Assembly: GCF_002105155.1 (NCBI RefSeq) | Contig: NW_019028981.1 | Coordinates: 1,550,001-1,614,000 of the forward strand | Source: Lobosporangium transversale | Lineage: Eukaryota | Reading direction: 5' to 3' | Length of the DNA stretch: 64,000 nt | Shown here: piece by piece, positions 11,601 through 23,794 of the stretch | How positions within the stretch are numbered: the first letter of the stretch is position 1 | Layout: every line of letters begins with the position of its first letter | The notes under the pieces: generated by a model | The model's database searches: none | Told to the model about the DNA's origin: nothing | Seen by the model: only the letters and a program-made list of their open reading frames with translations | Position numbers and translations under genes: made by a program

Positions 11601-12504
11601 TTCTTACTTGGGCCAAGAATGTTGTCGTTTCGGGTTCTAATGCTAATGCAGCAAAGTTTATGGCAGAAAGGCAATTTTGACGAGCGGAGGAGGAGGTATG
11701 CCCTCGACATTCCCATAGTATGTGTTTACCATCGTGTTCAAAGTGTAAATCGTTAGTGCGCCAGTTGATTTGGGGATTGACTGCGGTTAGCCAAGGTTTC
11801 CCTAGGATGAGATCATATTTTTTCGAGGGGTAGATGATACTTTGAATCTTTTCACCATAGGAACCACGTTCAAGGGTAACAGATGCGGTTCCTGGGGACA
11901 TGACTGCTGTGCCATTCGGATGAATGATAGGGATAGGGTTCGCGTTGTCTATGATAATGTTATGTTTTCTGCAAAATTTTGAACTCAATACATTTCCTTC
12001 TGCCCCACCATCAATGAGGATTCGCGCAGGGTGTCCGTTGACGGCCCCAATGAAGGTTAGTAGTCGTCTCGCATTGGTGTAGACAGCGGACAGGGATTGG
12101 AGGTGTGTGGCATGACGACGACGACGACGGGGTGGTTTACTAGCAAGGTGTTCGTGGGAAGTAGAGGGGGTAGGTGAATTTTCATTTGTGTCTTGGTTTG
12201 AAGATGATTTGATTTCAGTGACAGATGACGCGGGATGGGAATCGGGGGAGAGGTGATTTAGGGAATCCGGAGGAATGGAAGTGGTGTGGTGCAAGGTGCT
12301 TTTAGAGGGTAATGATAAGAGAGAGGATAGAGAAAATATGGGAGAGGAGCGAGAAGGCATAATCATGGATTTAGGAGAACTAGAGTTTTTATTACTGTTG
12401 TTACTACTTAAATCCATATGACTACGCCCTCTAGAGCCCAGGACTCGAGGGTTGGTGGTGAGAGCGAGGCTGGCCTGGTCTACAGCTCGCTCTCCTCTTT
12501 TCCC
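8661..12504 (-). CDS. pol: Pol polyprotein (protease, RT, RNase H, integrase, chromodomain) with four +1 indels in this sequence
   Basis: LIDGGAEGN protease, YLDD RT site near 10975, [12 protein letters not shown]ase H, HHCC/DDE integrase, GPF motif, chromodomain [20 protein letters not shown]. Confidence 0.93.
12431..12504 (-). promoter_or_regulatory. Programmed -1 ribosomal frameshift signal (gag-pol)
   Basis: Slippery heptamer G GGA AAA in the gag frame (12498-12504), pol open in the -1 frame, followed by stem GAGAGCGAGCTG/CAGCCTCGCTCTC. Confidence 0.75.
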
Positions 12505-13451
12505 GAGTCGTCGTAGTCGTCTTGTTGTTCCAGGTTGTTCAAGTTCCTAGTCACGCGGCAGTTCTTGGCCATGTGTCCCTTCTTTCTGCAGCGAAAGCAA
12601 GCGCCTGCGCGGCGCAGTTTTGTTCTGTCATTTTCGGTGAGCTTGGAGAGTGGGCTGTTGTTAGTCGAGGGGGGGCGATGGAAGTTCGCTAAGCCTGTGG
12701 AGTTTGTACTCTGTAGTAGGAAGTTATTGAACATCATCTGCATTGCGTCTAGGTCCATCGGGGTCGGTGTGGGTTGGCTTGTTTGGTTTGTCATGATGGG
12801 GGGTCTAGAGGAATGTAAAATGCTGTGGATCATCGTAGCCTGCTTGATGGCCTGGTTGAGAGTCTGAGGCTGGCGAAGGAGGACTTCCTTGCTTGTGTCT
12901 TCTACAAGGCCGTAGGTATAATGGAGGACAAGCCATGATTCCTCCAGTTTGGGTGTGAGGCGTTGGAGGCGGCGGAATTTGGCAGTGTATTCCGCTACTG
13001 AGGATTTACCTTGTTTTAATTGAACCAGTGCTTTCTGGGCTGAAGAAGCCGTGTCAGGGGGTGTGAAGTTTTCGATGAATTTACTTCGGAAAGTGTCCCA
13101 TGGTGTATCAATTGTCATTTCCGAGTCTCGCCACCATGCCTTGGCGTCTCCTTTCAGGTTGACAACGGTATATCGGACCCAACGGGAGTGGTTAAGCTCC
13201 ATGATCTCGAAGTACTCTTCTTGGTTCTCCAAGAAGTTGAGGACCGCGACAGCGTCGACATTTCCCTCGTATGGTTCTGGTTTGGTAGGTTTTATCACAG
13301 CAGCCACCGTGCGGACATGGTCATTAAAGGCGGCAGCGCTAGAAGCACTATCCTGTCGGGATTCGAGGAAGGTTTGCACAGCGTTCTGCACGGATAGGCT
13401 GGTACTGGCATCAAGGTTAAGAGCTTTCAAGGAAGTGGTGAGGTTGTCCAT
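12480..13451 (-). CDS. gag: Gag (capsid plus CCHC zinc knuckle), 323 aa
   Basis: Intact ORF with LKQGKSSVAEYTAKF, PTPMDLD and CFRCRKKGHMAKNC. Confidence 0.93.
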   Translation of the reverse strand: MDNLTTSLKALNLDASTSLSVQNAVQTFLESRQDSASSAAAFNDHVRTVAAVIKPTKPEPYEGNVDAVAVLNFLENQEEYFEIMELNHSRWVRYTVVNLKGDAKAWWRDSEMTIDTPWDTFRSKFIENFTPPDTASSAQKALVQLKQGKSSVAEYTAKFRRLQRLTPKLEESWLVLHYTYGLVEDTSKEVLLRQPQTLNQAIKQATMIHSILHSSRPPIMTNQTSQPTPTPMDLDAMQMMFNNFLLQSTNSTGLANFHRPPSTNNSPLSKLTENDRTKLRRAGACFRCRKKGHMAKNCRVTRNLNNLEQQDDYDDSGKEESEL

Positions 13452-13583
13452 GGCAAAAAAAAAAAAAAAATCAAATGCAGGGGTAAATTTTTAAATTTTA
13501 TCTAGGAAAATATCAGAGGGATCTAGGGAAAAATATCAGAGGGAAATATAAGCGGTTTCTGGCGGGGTCGGTGGTTCGATGAA

Positions 13584-13595
13584 CCTTTGCTACCA
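13584..13595 (-). promoter_or_regulatory. Primer-binding site, probably initiator tRNA-Met
   Basis: TGGTAGCAAAGG immediately after the 5' LTR. Confidence 0.75.
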
Positions 13596-13808
13596 TGTAA
13601 ATAGTAACAATCAAAGGTGATCTTAGGTGGAATCGAAGGTCAAAGGATACTTTATTTGGCTATAACGTAGTGGACTATTTATACTGATAATTAATAGGGT
13701 TGGGGCTTGGTGTCTTGGCACTTGGGCTTGGCGTCTTGGCGCCTGGGGTGCGCGTGATAGTTGAGCCCTCCTCAAAGGTTTGAGTCAGTATTGTATAACA
13801 CGTTTGCA
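13596..13808 (-). repeat. 5' LTR of the chromovirus
   Basis: 213 bp, identical to 7430-7642. Confidence 0.95.
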
Positions 13809-13813
13809 GCTTG

Positions 13814-13860
13814 CTGTTCGTGTGTCCGTTTTCTTCCAGCACGTGCTGGAATCAAAATAT
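13814..13860. repeat. Distal remainder of the right inverted-repeat arm
   Basis: Reverse complement of 4135-4181. Confidence 0.9.
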
Positions 13861-14879
13861 TGCACTCTTTCTCTTCAGGTTCTGATATCTCTATTAGAAA
13901 GAAAAAAAATTTGGCAGCTATATCAAATTGCATCCCAGCAACGGAGCCGCGGTATTTATTTTAAAGAGCTTGTAGACCGACAAGGATTCTCTATTGGTAT
14001 GTGGCATTGGGTAGCTCCGTACATTACAAAGCTTCTAGATCGAACCTAAGCAGAACAGAGTAAATCAGACCAGTTCTTCCACGCCTAGCTGCTTTTTTGC
14101 ATTCAAACAAACTAGATTCCCAAGACGCGTCAGTTCCAGCTTTATTTGATAACATATCCGTTTCCATATTATTATGTTCACCACATTGAGTTTTCATTCT
14201 TAATAGACCTTTGATCCAAAGTGACTGCCCAGACCCTGGGAAACTTGGACGAACATAAGCCACACGACTGGATTTTAATAAAAGATTTCGCTCACAAGGA
14301 CCTAATTTGAAACTCTCTCTTTCCTACACCAAATCAAAGGTACATCATACACACACTGAAATAGAAAGGACTTCAAAAAAAAAAAAAAAAAAAAAGATCG
14401 GATGGGTCATAGTGGAATCGAAGAGTTACAAACTTTCATTCCCTCTTTATACATCAGAACCACCATGAATGAACCACCATGATACTTTTCACCGATGGCA
14501 TTGCCAATCAGCAAGACAAAAGAGCGGTGGATGCATATCCATGACAACTGTATATTGATGGATGCATCCGATTAGTCGATGGATATACAACTATACATCT
14601 GAACTATGGAAAGCCTTTGCACTTTTTTTTTTGTTTTTTTTACCACACTCACTCATACTGAGATCAACAACTCGATAGCTACGCGGCAATGATTTCAATC
14701 ATCTTCAGCATATCATTATCTCTATGGATTATAATTAAGCACTACATTATAGAGCCATTGATATCACTCGCCCTCTCTCAATATATCATGATCTCAACTT
14801 AATCTCTAACAACAACTTTATCACTGACCTTTTTTTTATCCTTCATTAAAATACATTACAATGCACGACGTATATTTAG

Positions 14880-14957
14880 ATGAGAGACAAGTGGAAGAAG
14901 AAGCGCGTTCGCCGCCTCAAGCGCAAAAGAAGAAAAATGAGAGCTCGCTCCAAGTAA
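14880..14957 (+). CDS. RPL41: Cytosolic ribosomal protein L41 (eL41), 25 aa; not in the ORF track
   Basis: MRDKWKKKRVRRLKRKRRKMRARSK*; ATG directly follows an AG acceptor; probable 5'UTR intron 14340-14879 after a pyrimidine-rich leader. Confidence 0.95.
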   Translation: MRDKWKKKRVRRLKRKRRKMRARSK

Positions 14958-17879
14958 AAAAAGGATACGCAAGCTTTGAAGCGTAGTTTCTTTTCCTCAA
15001 CCTCGATCAAAAAGCGAGAAGGAATGCTTAAACAATTGCTTTATTAAAACAAATAAAGCAATAAAAAAAGGCTTTTTATTTTTGATCAAGAACTTGTATT
15101 ACGAAATGATGTCTGTGCTCTCAATCGTAAAAAGTTGCTGAAAGTTCCGATCTTTTAACTGTGGACCATAACAATGGTGATTACTTGTATGATTATTATT
15201 ATTGTACATCTCTTAATATTATTGCCATCATCATTACCATTTACCATTTTACCGTCATAACTACTATTATATATTTATGATTGTTGTGATTGATATGCAA
15301 TTAACACTTCGGTATATATGAATTTATACCCTGGACGCTGGGTGTTCAAAGGCAATAGGATAATGCAGGCGTTATTGTTGTTAATCGAATTAGCCGCGGA
15401 AGGATTTTTAATTGATGTTTTTGTAAATAAATAAACAAACAATGTATAACTGTAACGTGCAAAAGTGAAAAAATTAAGCATGGGCTCTCTTTTCAAATCT
15501 ACAACCCTAGCCTCAAGGATGCAATGCGATCGACATGATCTTAGTAAGACTTGTGTTGGATAGGTGTGCAGCAGTAAGCAGATTTGTGATTCCTTCAGTA
15601 GGAACGAAAATGTGAATGTAAGCAAGACAGCAAAGGAACGCCAAGTTAATAGGATGGATCATAGATTTCAGCAATTGAACCAGTTTCTGCCATGTTCTTT
15701 TTAAAGAACACTCATGTCAACCCCTAGTCTTTCCTCAGCCATATTTCGAAACGCAAAACAGACACAAAAGACCCATGGTTGATCTCTCTTATAGCAGTAG
15801 CCTACTACTAGATTTCATATAAAAAAGGCGAATAAATATATAATATATACAATATCTACAGATGTAATGTCATAAATGCGCAACTTGTTACACTCAGCCC
15901 AGCTGGAACACGTAAATCTCTCCAACTCTTATATAATCTTAGCGGTCCGATCATGGCGCGCGACCATGAGGTGACAGTTTGATGTAACTCTACTGCTGGG
16001 GTTCTGCTAATCAATCTGCAGGAACAAACTTGAGATCGAGTGTATTGACCGTTGAGTAGACTTATGTACATGTACGCACAGTCATTGAGCAATGTTTGAA
16101 TGAATTTTCTATTTATTCTTAGTCTTGTTATTTTTATTTTTTTTTTTTGCCCTGGATTATACTTTCGTCTTCCATCAGTTGGGTTTTGGATATTTTTAAG
16201 ATGTTTAAGCAAGGTATCTTGGAATGGACCTTTGGGTTTAGTCCAACGGGATCGAGATACACGTCAATAATGGGCTCTACCAACGCATGTCTTCTAATGG
16301 GTATGCGCTAATAACCAGATTCAATATCGGTGTAGGAAGACGGAGAGAACTGCCTTTATACGTTGATGCTTGTCCTATCTGTATTAATATGCTGATTGAA
16401 GATCAGTTGATGCCGGCAGAGTATGGATCATGGGATCGTTTAAGCATCCAAATAAATTGCATCTTATTTTCAATCCTATTGTTGTGTCCTGTAGCTCACA
16501 GTGAATCCCAGAATGTCGAACTCATTGAATTTCTTCTTCAATGAGCTGTTATTGCTCAAAAGACCTTATATCATCTATCTTCTACACCAGTTTTAAGGAA
16601 TCGCCTTCGGCACCGCTCGATTTCCTGAAACTGGAATGAAAGGGCAAAAGTACTCAAACAAACCTTTTATCTATTTAATTGCTAATAGGATGTCTGTTCT
16701 ATTTTGAAATATGACCATCGGTGGATATGCTGGTATCATCGAATATCAAGGCGAAAAGTCTACACTCCTCTCTTGCCTAAAAAATTTGATAATGCACGAG
16801 TGGTTTAGTGAATAGGGAGCATTGATCTGTAAGTTCAATAATTCTATAGTTCGTTGCTCTTGAATGCCGTTTTTCGTTCGAAAATTAAAGGCTAAAGAGC
16901 TGGTCTATCTCCAGTCGAACTATAGCTTGACCAAGTTAGTTCTTTTTGCGGTGCGATCAGCTCTAATTGAACATAACAGGCTAGTTGTGCTCTGATGTCA
17001 AATCCCAAGTAAGCTTTGATCTGAGCATTAGAGCATCCGGCGAAGGGTCGTTGGGTCATGTAAGCACAGTCGTTGAGAGGGCAATAGAAGCAGAAAAACA
17101 ATATTAGAGAGCCAACATCGTCAATACCTACACCTCTGCACCAGAGAGCCAAGCATTCTTGAACGAGGAAGGCGAACGGATGAGAGCATCTCCGTCAGAC
17201 GCTTGCTAGTCTACAATACATTAATATATATATATATATATATATATATCCATGTATACACACTTTGAGCATTGCCGAAAAGCAAAGACGTAATGAAATA
17301 TGAAATGAGCTTCGTGCTAATTATAAGTAAGCATGGCAATTAACGTTCACACCCGCACATTGAAAGAAATGAAAGATAAGAACTATAGCCTTTCACAAAT
17401 ATTTATACACATCACACAAAGTAAAGAGCAGGCATTCATACAGGGATGCACGAATACCTTGCTCTTATTGTTGAGACCAAGAGAGCAATGGATTCTCTGT
17501 CAGCCATGATGAGGCCAATGACTCCATAAACAGGATCATCATCGATCACCCCTCCTCGCCCTTTTTGCAGTGTATGCGAAATATAATTGACACCACACCA
17601 ATTTTATTAATGAGACAATGTAAACAGTGCGCTGAGAAAGATATAAAAAGAAGGCAACTGGAGACTTTGATCCGTGATGCCCTCTTGTCTTTTTCTCACC
17701 TCTTTCTCGTTCAAACTGTCGTCATCTCGTCCAAGTTGCCCCCACATTTTACGCCATAAAAAAAGTATAAACAATCTTATTAACATCCTTCATCCTTAGA
17801 TCCACCTTGTATATACTTTTAAAAGAAACAGATCAAATCAAAGAACTCTTTATTTTTCCCCCTTTTTTTTAACTTTCAA

Positions 17880-20800
17880 ATGTTGTTGCGTCTGCCTTCA
17901 ATTCATTTTCATTCTCATTCCCATTCTCATTCCACCCCTACATCAGCCTCAGCAACAACGGCTTCATCGGCTTCTACCTGCACGTTTGTTTTCCCCGGCG
18001 TCAGTAGTACGCCAGCAACGTTGTCTCGTGCCAACTCTTCCTCCAGTCTAGCATCCAACGTGCCTGAGCTATCAACAGCACGTGGACTGCATGACACGAG
18101 TAACTGTAAGCTTTGAAATTTTTGTAACACTCACTTTCATGCCTGCATGATTAGTTCAGCCACTATTGGACTCAACTTCATTCCTCCCACGACACCTGTA
18201 ATGCTTTTGTCTGCATCAATGCTCTCTCTTCTCATTTTCTGAATTCTTTTTTTTTTTTTTTTTTTTTTTCCATACAGTACCTCTTTCCTCGTCCTTGTTG
18301 CAGATTGAGCAACAACAACACCAGAAAAGCGTTCAGGCCACTCTTGCTTGCAACTCATATCCTATCTCGGCTCTATTAACTCCAGCACCACACCTTTCTA
18401 ATAACAAAACCACATCATATTCTCCCACTGCCAATAAGAAACCTCTCCATTACTCGTACTCATTCATGGCGGACATAGACAAACTCGACAAAACCGTCTT
18501 TGACGCCATTATTCTTGGTACAGGCTTCACACAGACCATTGTAGCTGCCGCACTTGCTCGCGCTGGAAAGACAGTGTTACATCTCGATGAGAATGACTAC
18601 TATGGTGGCGAATCCGGTGCCTTCGGTTTCCGCGATCTTTTAGCCTGGGCAGACAAGATCTCTTCTACCTTCTCCGACAACGCGTTGACTCATGGTAAAA
18701 TATCGGGTTCCGAGAAATAGAGTTTACTGGCAATTGAAAAAAAAAAAAAAAAAAAAAAAAAGACGATTATAAGTTGACAGTTTTTAACAATAGAACGTAT
18801 ACCATGCGATTTTGTTCGATTTTGTTTCATAGATAACAAGGACAAGATCGAGTTTGAAAAGTCGGTCTCTAGGGCACATAGCCATGTTGAGGTACAGCTC
18901 TACAAAGACGACAAGAGCAATGATACTGTTATTGACTTGGCTTCAGTTATCGCCTCCCACAAGGATTCGTCGGTAGAAGATCGCATAAAGGCTGTCAGTG
19001 ACCATATCACAACTGCATATCAGTCAAAGGGACAATCCAAGGAAGAAAAGGAAGCCATCCATATCTTAGCTTCCTGGGCATCCGGTACTGGCTCTGTAGC
19101 CACAGCAGCCAACTTTTCATCCGTATCATTCTCTCAGGTTCATGCTCTCGAAGAGTTCCTCAAAACCTCTCGCAAATACAACTTTGATCTCTCGCCAAAG
19201 TTGCTCTACTCGCGTGGATCATTGACCAATCTGCTTATCTCCTCTGGAATTGGCAAATACCTTGAGTTCAAGCTGTTGGAACGAACTGCTGTATATGAAG
19301 CGCTTACGGACAAAGTTGAGATGATGCCTACATCCAAAGAGGATGTCTTTGTCTCGAAAGCATTATCCTTGAAGGAAAAGAGACAGTTGATGAGGTTTTT
19401 ACAGTTTGCTGTCGACTACGAAAACCAGAAGGAGGTTTGGAGAGGTATTTTTTTTTTTCTGAACATATCTGTTCCTATAAGAGGATATGCTATAAATGTT
19501 ATTTAGTGTGTTGGACGACTAACACCTTGTGGTATGTTGAATGCATATAGATTATAAGGATGCGCCATTTACTCAATTTGTCCAGAACGCCTACGGATTG
19601 TCAGACAAAGTTCTGACGGCCGTTGTTTATGCCATTGGATTTGATGGAAATGATGAAGGTATTAGAATTCGCTTTTCCTATGTTTGTGTTATTTACCACT
19701 CGCTTCTTTTGACGTTTTAAATACTAATCAGCATGGTGCCTGGCTTTTATCTTCTGTAGCCACGACCACTGACGGCCTCAAGTCCGTTAAAGTCTATCTT
19801 CAGTCATTGGGACGTTACGGTAACTCGGCATATTTGTGTCCTCTTTATGGTGTTGGCAGCGAGCTTGCTCAAGCATTCTGCAGGTATATAACTAGTTTAC
19901 ATCATAGTTTGTGTGTAATAGTCGCCTTAATTCCTTCGGAGGTCCATTTACCTCGAGGACCTCATTTCTCGATTGACATCATGACACCTCACTCATACAT
20001 TTTTTGTATTGCAGAGTATCTGCAGTCTATGGCGGAATCTACATGTTGCAACATGAACTGGATAAACATAACGTGGATAGGAACACGAATCAATGGAAAT
20101 CCGTTGTTGATCACACAGGCCAAGCCCTGCAGGCCAACCAGTTGATTTGTACACGCGAATACCTTTCCAGAGACATGGATGCGTACATTGAGGCGAGAAC
20201 GTAAGCATCTAACGCTTGACCATTGTTTCATTGACTCTGATAATGACATACGCTATGGACTCATCAATTTATTTTTTTATTGATATCTTGGTTTTCATCA
20301 TTTATGCGCCTGTTTGTATATGCTCAAAGCCTGAACAAATCCTACGTTTCTCACTGTATCTTGGTCACGGATCGCTCTGCGTTTGGGGAAACAACTCTCT
20401 GCAAGACGCTGTTCCCAATGGGATCTTTAGTCCTCAACGCAGGAGAAACACCTGCCCGCAAGAATGAACACACCATATCTGTGTTGCAATTGTGTGGCGG
20501 CACTATGTCCTGTCCTACTGACCGCTGTAAGCTTTATTTCTACTTTGACATACTCTTTTAGTTTGGGAATGCTCGTATTTGCTATCAAGTCATTAAAAGT
20601 TCAATTATGCTTCGTTTACATAGATATCCTCTACTTCTGGGCAGAATCAGACACACCAGATGGAACAGCCAAGGAAGAACTGACTGCTGCGATCAGAAAA
20701 CTTGTACACATCCCTGGAGATCCATTATCCCTAAAAGCTCCCTCATCTGCCTCCGCATCTGAATCTGAGGCAAATGCTGCCTCAGCAACAGCAGCCAATC

Positions 20801-21306
20801 CTGCCGGTGGATCGGCAGTTGAGGAAGCTCAGCCAAGAATGAGCTTAGATCAGGAATTGGATATGGATCAGGTGCATGAAGAGATCCTCAAGGCTGAGAA
20901 GAAGCTATTTGAAGAGATTGAGAATAATAATCCTGTAGCTGCTGGCTCTACAGCACCAGCGTCGTCGTCGCCAAACACTGAATCCCCCAGCAAGGCGCTG
21001 TCAACCAAAGCTCCTCAAAATTCTAAATCATCCTCAGCGCTGTCAACTGTGTCAACAGTGGCGCCACGAGCATTGTTCTCATTGTTTTATAAGCGCACGA
21101 CATCGTGGCCTCGTGTCCCTTATCCAATTGGATCTGAGAATTTGACACCTCTTCCTGAGAATATTACAGTGCTGAAACCTATGAACCATAGCTTAGACTT
21201 TGAGGCAGCCACTGAGGAAGCAAGAGTAGTGTTTGAGAGGCTGTGTCCTGGAGAGGAGTTCTTGCCACCAACGCCAGACCCAGAAGAAGGAGAATTTGGA
21301 TACTAA
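17880..21306 (+). CDS. MRS6: Rab escort protein / Rab geranylgeranyltransferase component A, multi-exon
   Basis: FDAIILGTG..AAALARAGKTVLHLDENDYYGG, YNFDLSPKLLYSRG, SKEDVF, LGRYGNSAYLCPLYG..ELAQAFCR; start at 17880 via an in-frame intron 18106-18277, or at the conserved Met near 18466. Confidence 0.9.
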
Positions 21307-22675
21307 TGAAAGTTGGTATGTGATATAAATAATTGACGTGCAGTAACAGAGGAAGAACTAGCAAAGAATAAAATTGTATATCAATTTAGAATGTAAAGGA
21401 AGAACTTTGTGGAAGTTTACTATAGTGCTCCCGACGAGTGTAGTCATCCAAACCATTCCTTGATTAGTGAAGTAAAATGTAAGAGTTAGATATTAGATTG
21501 GCCCTTTGTGTATGTTTTTTGGCATGGCTTTGCAGATAGTCATCCGTCGATTGATAGCTCTTGTAGGATAATTTGAATGGTTGTGGAAAGAGAAGGAAAT
21601 CATAAGGATAGATACGCCAAAGATAGCGCCTTCACTGCGCTGTGACAGACAAAATATGATAGACAGAGCGCATCTTTATATATTTCTTTTTTTACCTGAT
21701 ATACCTGTGCATGGCTGATGACCTCGCCATATGACTTGTGACAATATACCAGTGCAACCCATAACTAGCATAACTCTGTATAAGTACAGACACGATCCCT
21801 TTCACAAAGTGCTTTGAATAGGCATCTATGAGATTAGCTAAATGATACTATAATAGACTACAATTATATTACTGCTCTTGCTTCGATATTCACCATTTTG
21901 GTTAGCGATGCTAGGGCTCGGTAGCTCCAGCTTTGTAGTATTTTCCCGTATAAAGGCGTTGTTGGTTGGCACACCACTCGAAGAATAAGCTGCGAAAATA
22001 ATACTTTCCCATATGGATTTACCGCTTTCTTTACATCGCTGCCTCAAGAATAAAGTTAATTCTATAAACTGCAATCGCAGTATCTAAGCAACCTGGACTT
22101 TGGTACGAACTGGTCAGATATAAGGGAAAGAAAAGGACTGATTTCTCTAAAACGCACCTGCAAAAGTGCCTTAACAGATTGTTTAACTACTTTCATTACA
22201 ACCAGGGTCCCAGACATGGGACAAGAAACTGCCATATTTGGATTTATGATTTATCTATGCTACAGCGCTCTTAGCCAAGAAACTCTTGTCTTTGTTTTTT
22301 AGAACTCGAGATGGTTGACCTATGCAAATGACCTGACTGCCTCCGAGGTACTTTTATTACTATTATGTTATTTTAGCGATGCCTTGATTGAGTGACCTTG
22401 GTAGTTTTTGGTAGGTGAATCCTCTTAGTCTTTAACCAGCTTTGGTTTGGAAGGTTTTGGCGGGCTGTGGTTGAGGCAATCGCTGTTGTTTTGGTTTGAT
22501 TGCAGCCGCTGTCGCTTGGTTCGAATGCGTTGTCTGGAAGTGTGTGTTTTTTTCTTTTTTCTTTTTTTTTTTTTTGGATTGACCTTGGAGCCATTTGTTG
22601 AGTTTGCTTTATAGATCCGCCTGTAGAGTATGTTCCGGAGATCACTTTTTGGGTCTGCTGTTGGATCTGTTTACT

Positions 22676-22711
<36 letters not shown>

Positions 22712-23560
22712 CTCTCCTTGTTTCTTTACTTTCTTATGCAATCGTTTCTTTTTTTTTTTTACAGCTTCTTTGTTCTTAACTTTTTTTTTTTTTTTTTTTT
22801 TTTTTTCCTACGCCCTCTGTGGAGCCTGTGATTGTTGCCGGAGTCTAACATAAAAAAAAGAGAGAGAAAGATTAGAGCTCTGGGTTAGTAATGTTGCTTC
22901 TTCAAAAGGTAGGTCTATTTTATTTGCCAATCCTAACGAAAATACTTTATCGCACCGCACAAAACCCCTTAGTGTCTTATCATTTGAAGGCAGATTAGAC
23001 TCACAATAGGCCATCGATACCTAGAGTTGCTTGTGTTCCCGGTGAGGCGTCTACTCCAGAGCTTTTTCGGACAAAGCCCCCACGCAAGAACTCCTAGACT
23101 TTGGCCCTCCACTGCCGGATTCATTCCCTCGGCAAGTCCTCGCCTTGGACCAATGGCGTTCTCTCACTTGGGATTAGGATCTGCTCTGGTTCTCATCCTA
23201 GGCTAGACACAAGCCAACTACGAGCTGTTCAGTCGAGCTCTTTTAGTTGAAATGAGCCTTAGGAGGACCCAGTCCAGATCCCTGCCGGTATCCCAGATCC
23301 TTTGTTTTGACCTTAACCTTCTGAGCGGTAGTCGATTCGAGGGCCCGGTTCAGACAGAAGCAAGACAAGAGGTCATACAACATGGCGCTTCTACGCCATA
23401 CACTAAGCTACGTCAGGCGTCCTGACGCATCCAGCTCCTAAAATCATCTAATAATGATAAGTTAGTATTAGTAAGCATTCATTAAAGTCATATCCCTGAG
23501 CTGCCCGAAGATCCCATCTAAATAGAGTGAACGAAAAGCAAAAATAAAAATAAAAAAACA

Positions 23561-23794
23561 TTTACCTGAGGCATTGTCAAGCTTTTGTTTTTCTTTTCCG
23601 CTCAAAAAGAGACCTTGGCAATGCCTTGTGACTATCCTGTTCCTGATCCCGCTCCTGACTCTGCTCCTGCTGGAGAAGTGTGCTGGAAAGGGTGCAGAGC
23701 AGAGCTCAAGACAAGCTTAGATGCCTATTCAAAGCACTTTGTGAAGAATTGCTGCAGTGGGGATCGTGTCTGTACTTATACAGAGTTATGCTAG
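23561..23794 (+). pseudogene. Possible decayed secreted cysteine-rich peptide gene
   Basis: Frame reads FT*GIVKLLFFFSAQKETLA-MPCDYPVPDPAPDSAPAGEVCWKGC..NCCSGDRVCTYTELC*; signal-like segment is broken by TGA and lacks an ATG. Confidence 0.35.

Larger units (their letters stand above)
7430..13808 (-). mobile_element. Full-length Ty3/Gypsy chromovirus LTR retrotransposon (6379 bp)
   Basis: Identical 213-bp LTRs with TG...CA ends, TSD GCTTG (7425-7429 and 13809-13813), PBS, PPT, gag-PR-RT-RH-IN-chromodomain order. Confidence 0.97.

Noticed and set aside
15856..17152. Two minus-strand frames sharing LNDCAYM
   Set aside because: Match is about 20 bp; no extendable gene model or family could be supported.
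22373..23420. Possible LINE or other TE remnant
   Set aside because: Stop-ridden frames, no diagnostic motif or termini.
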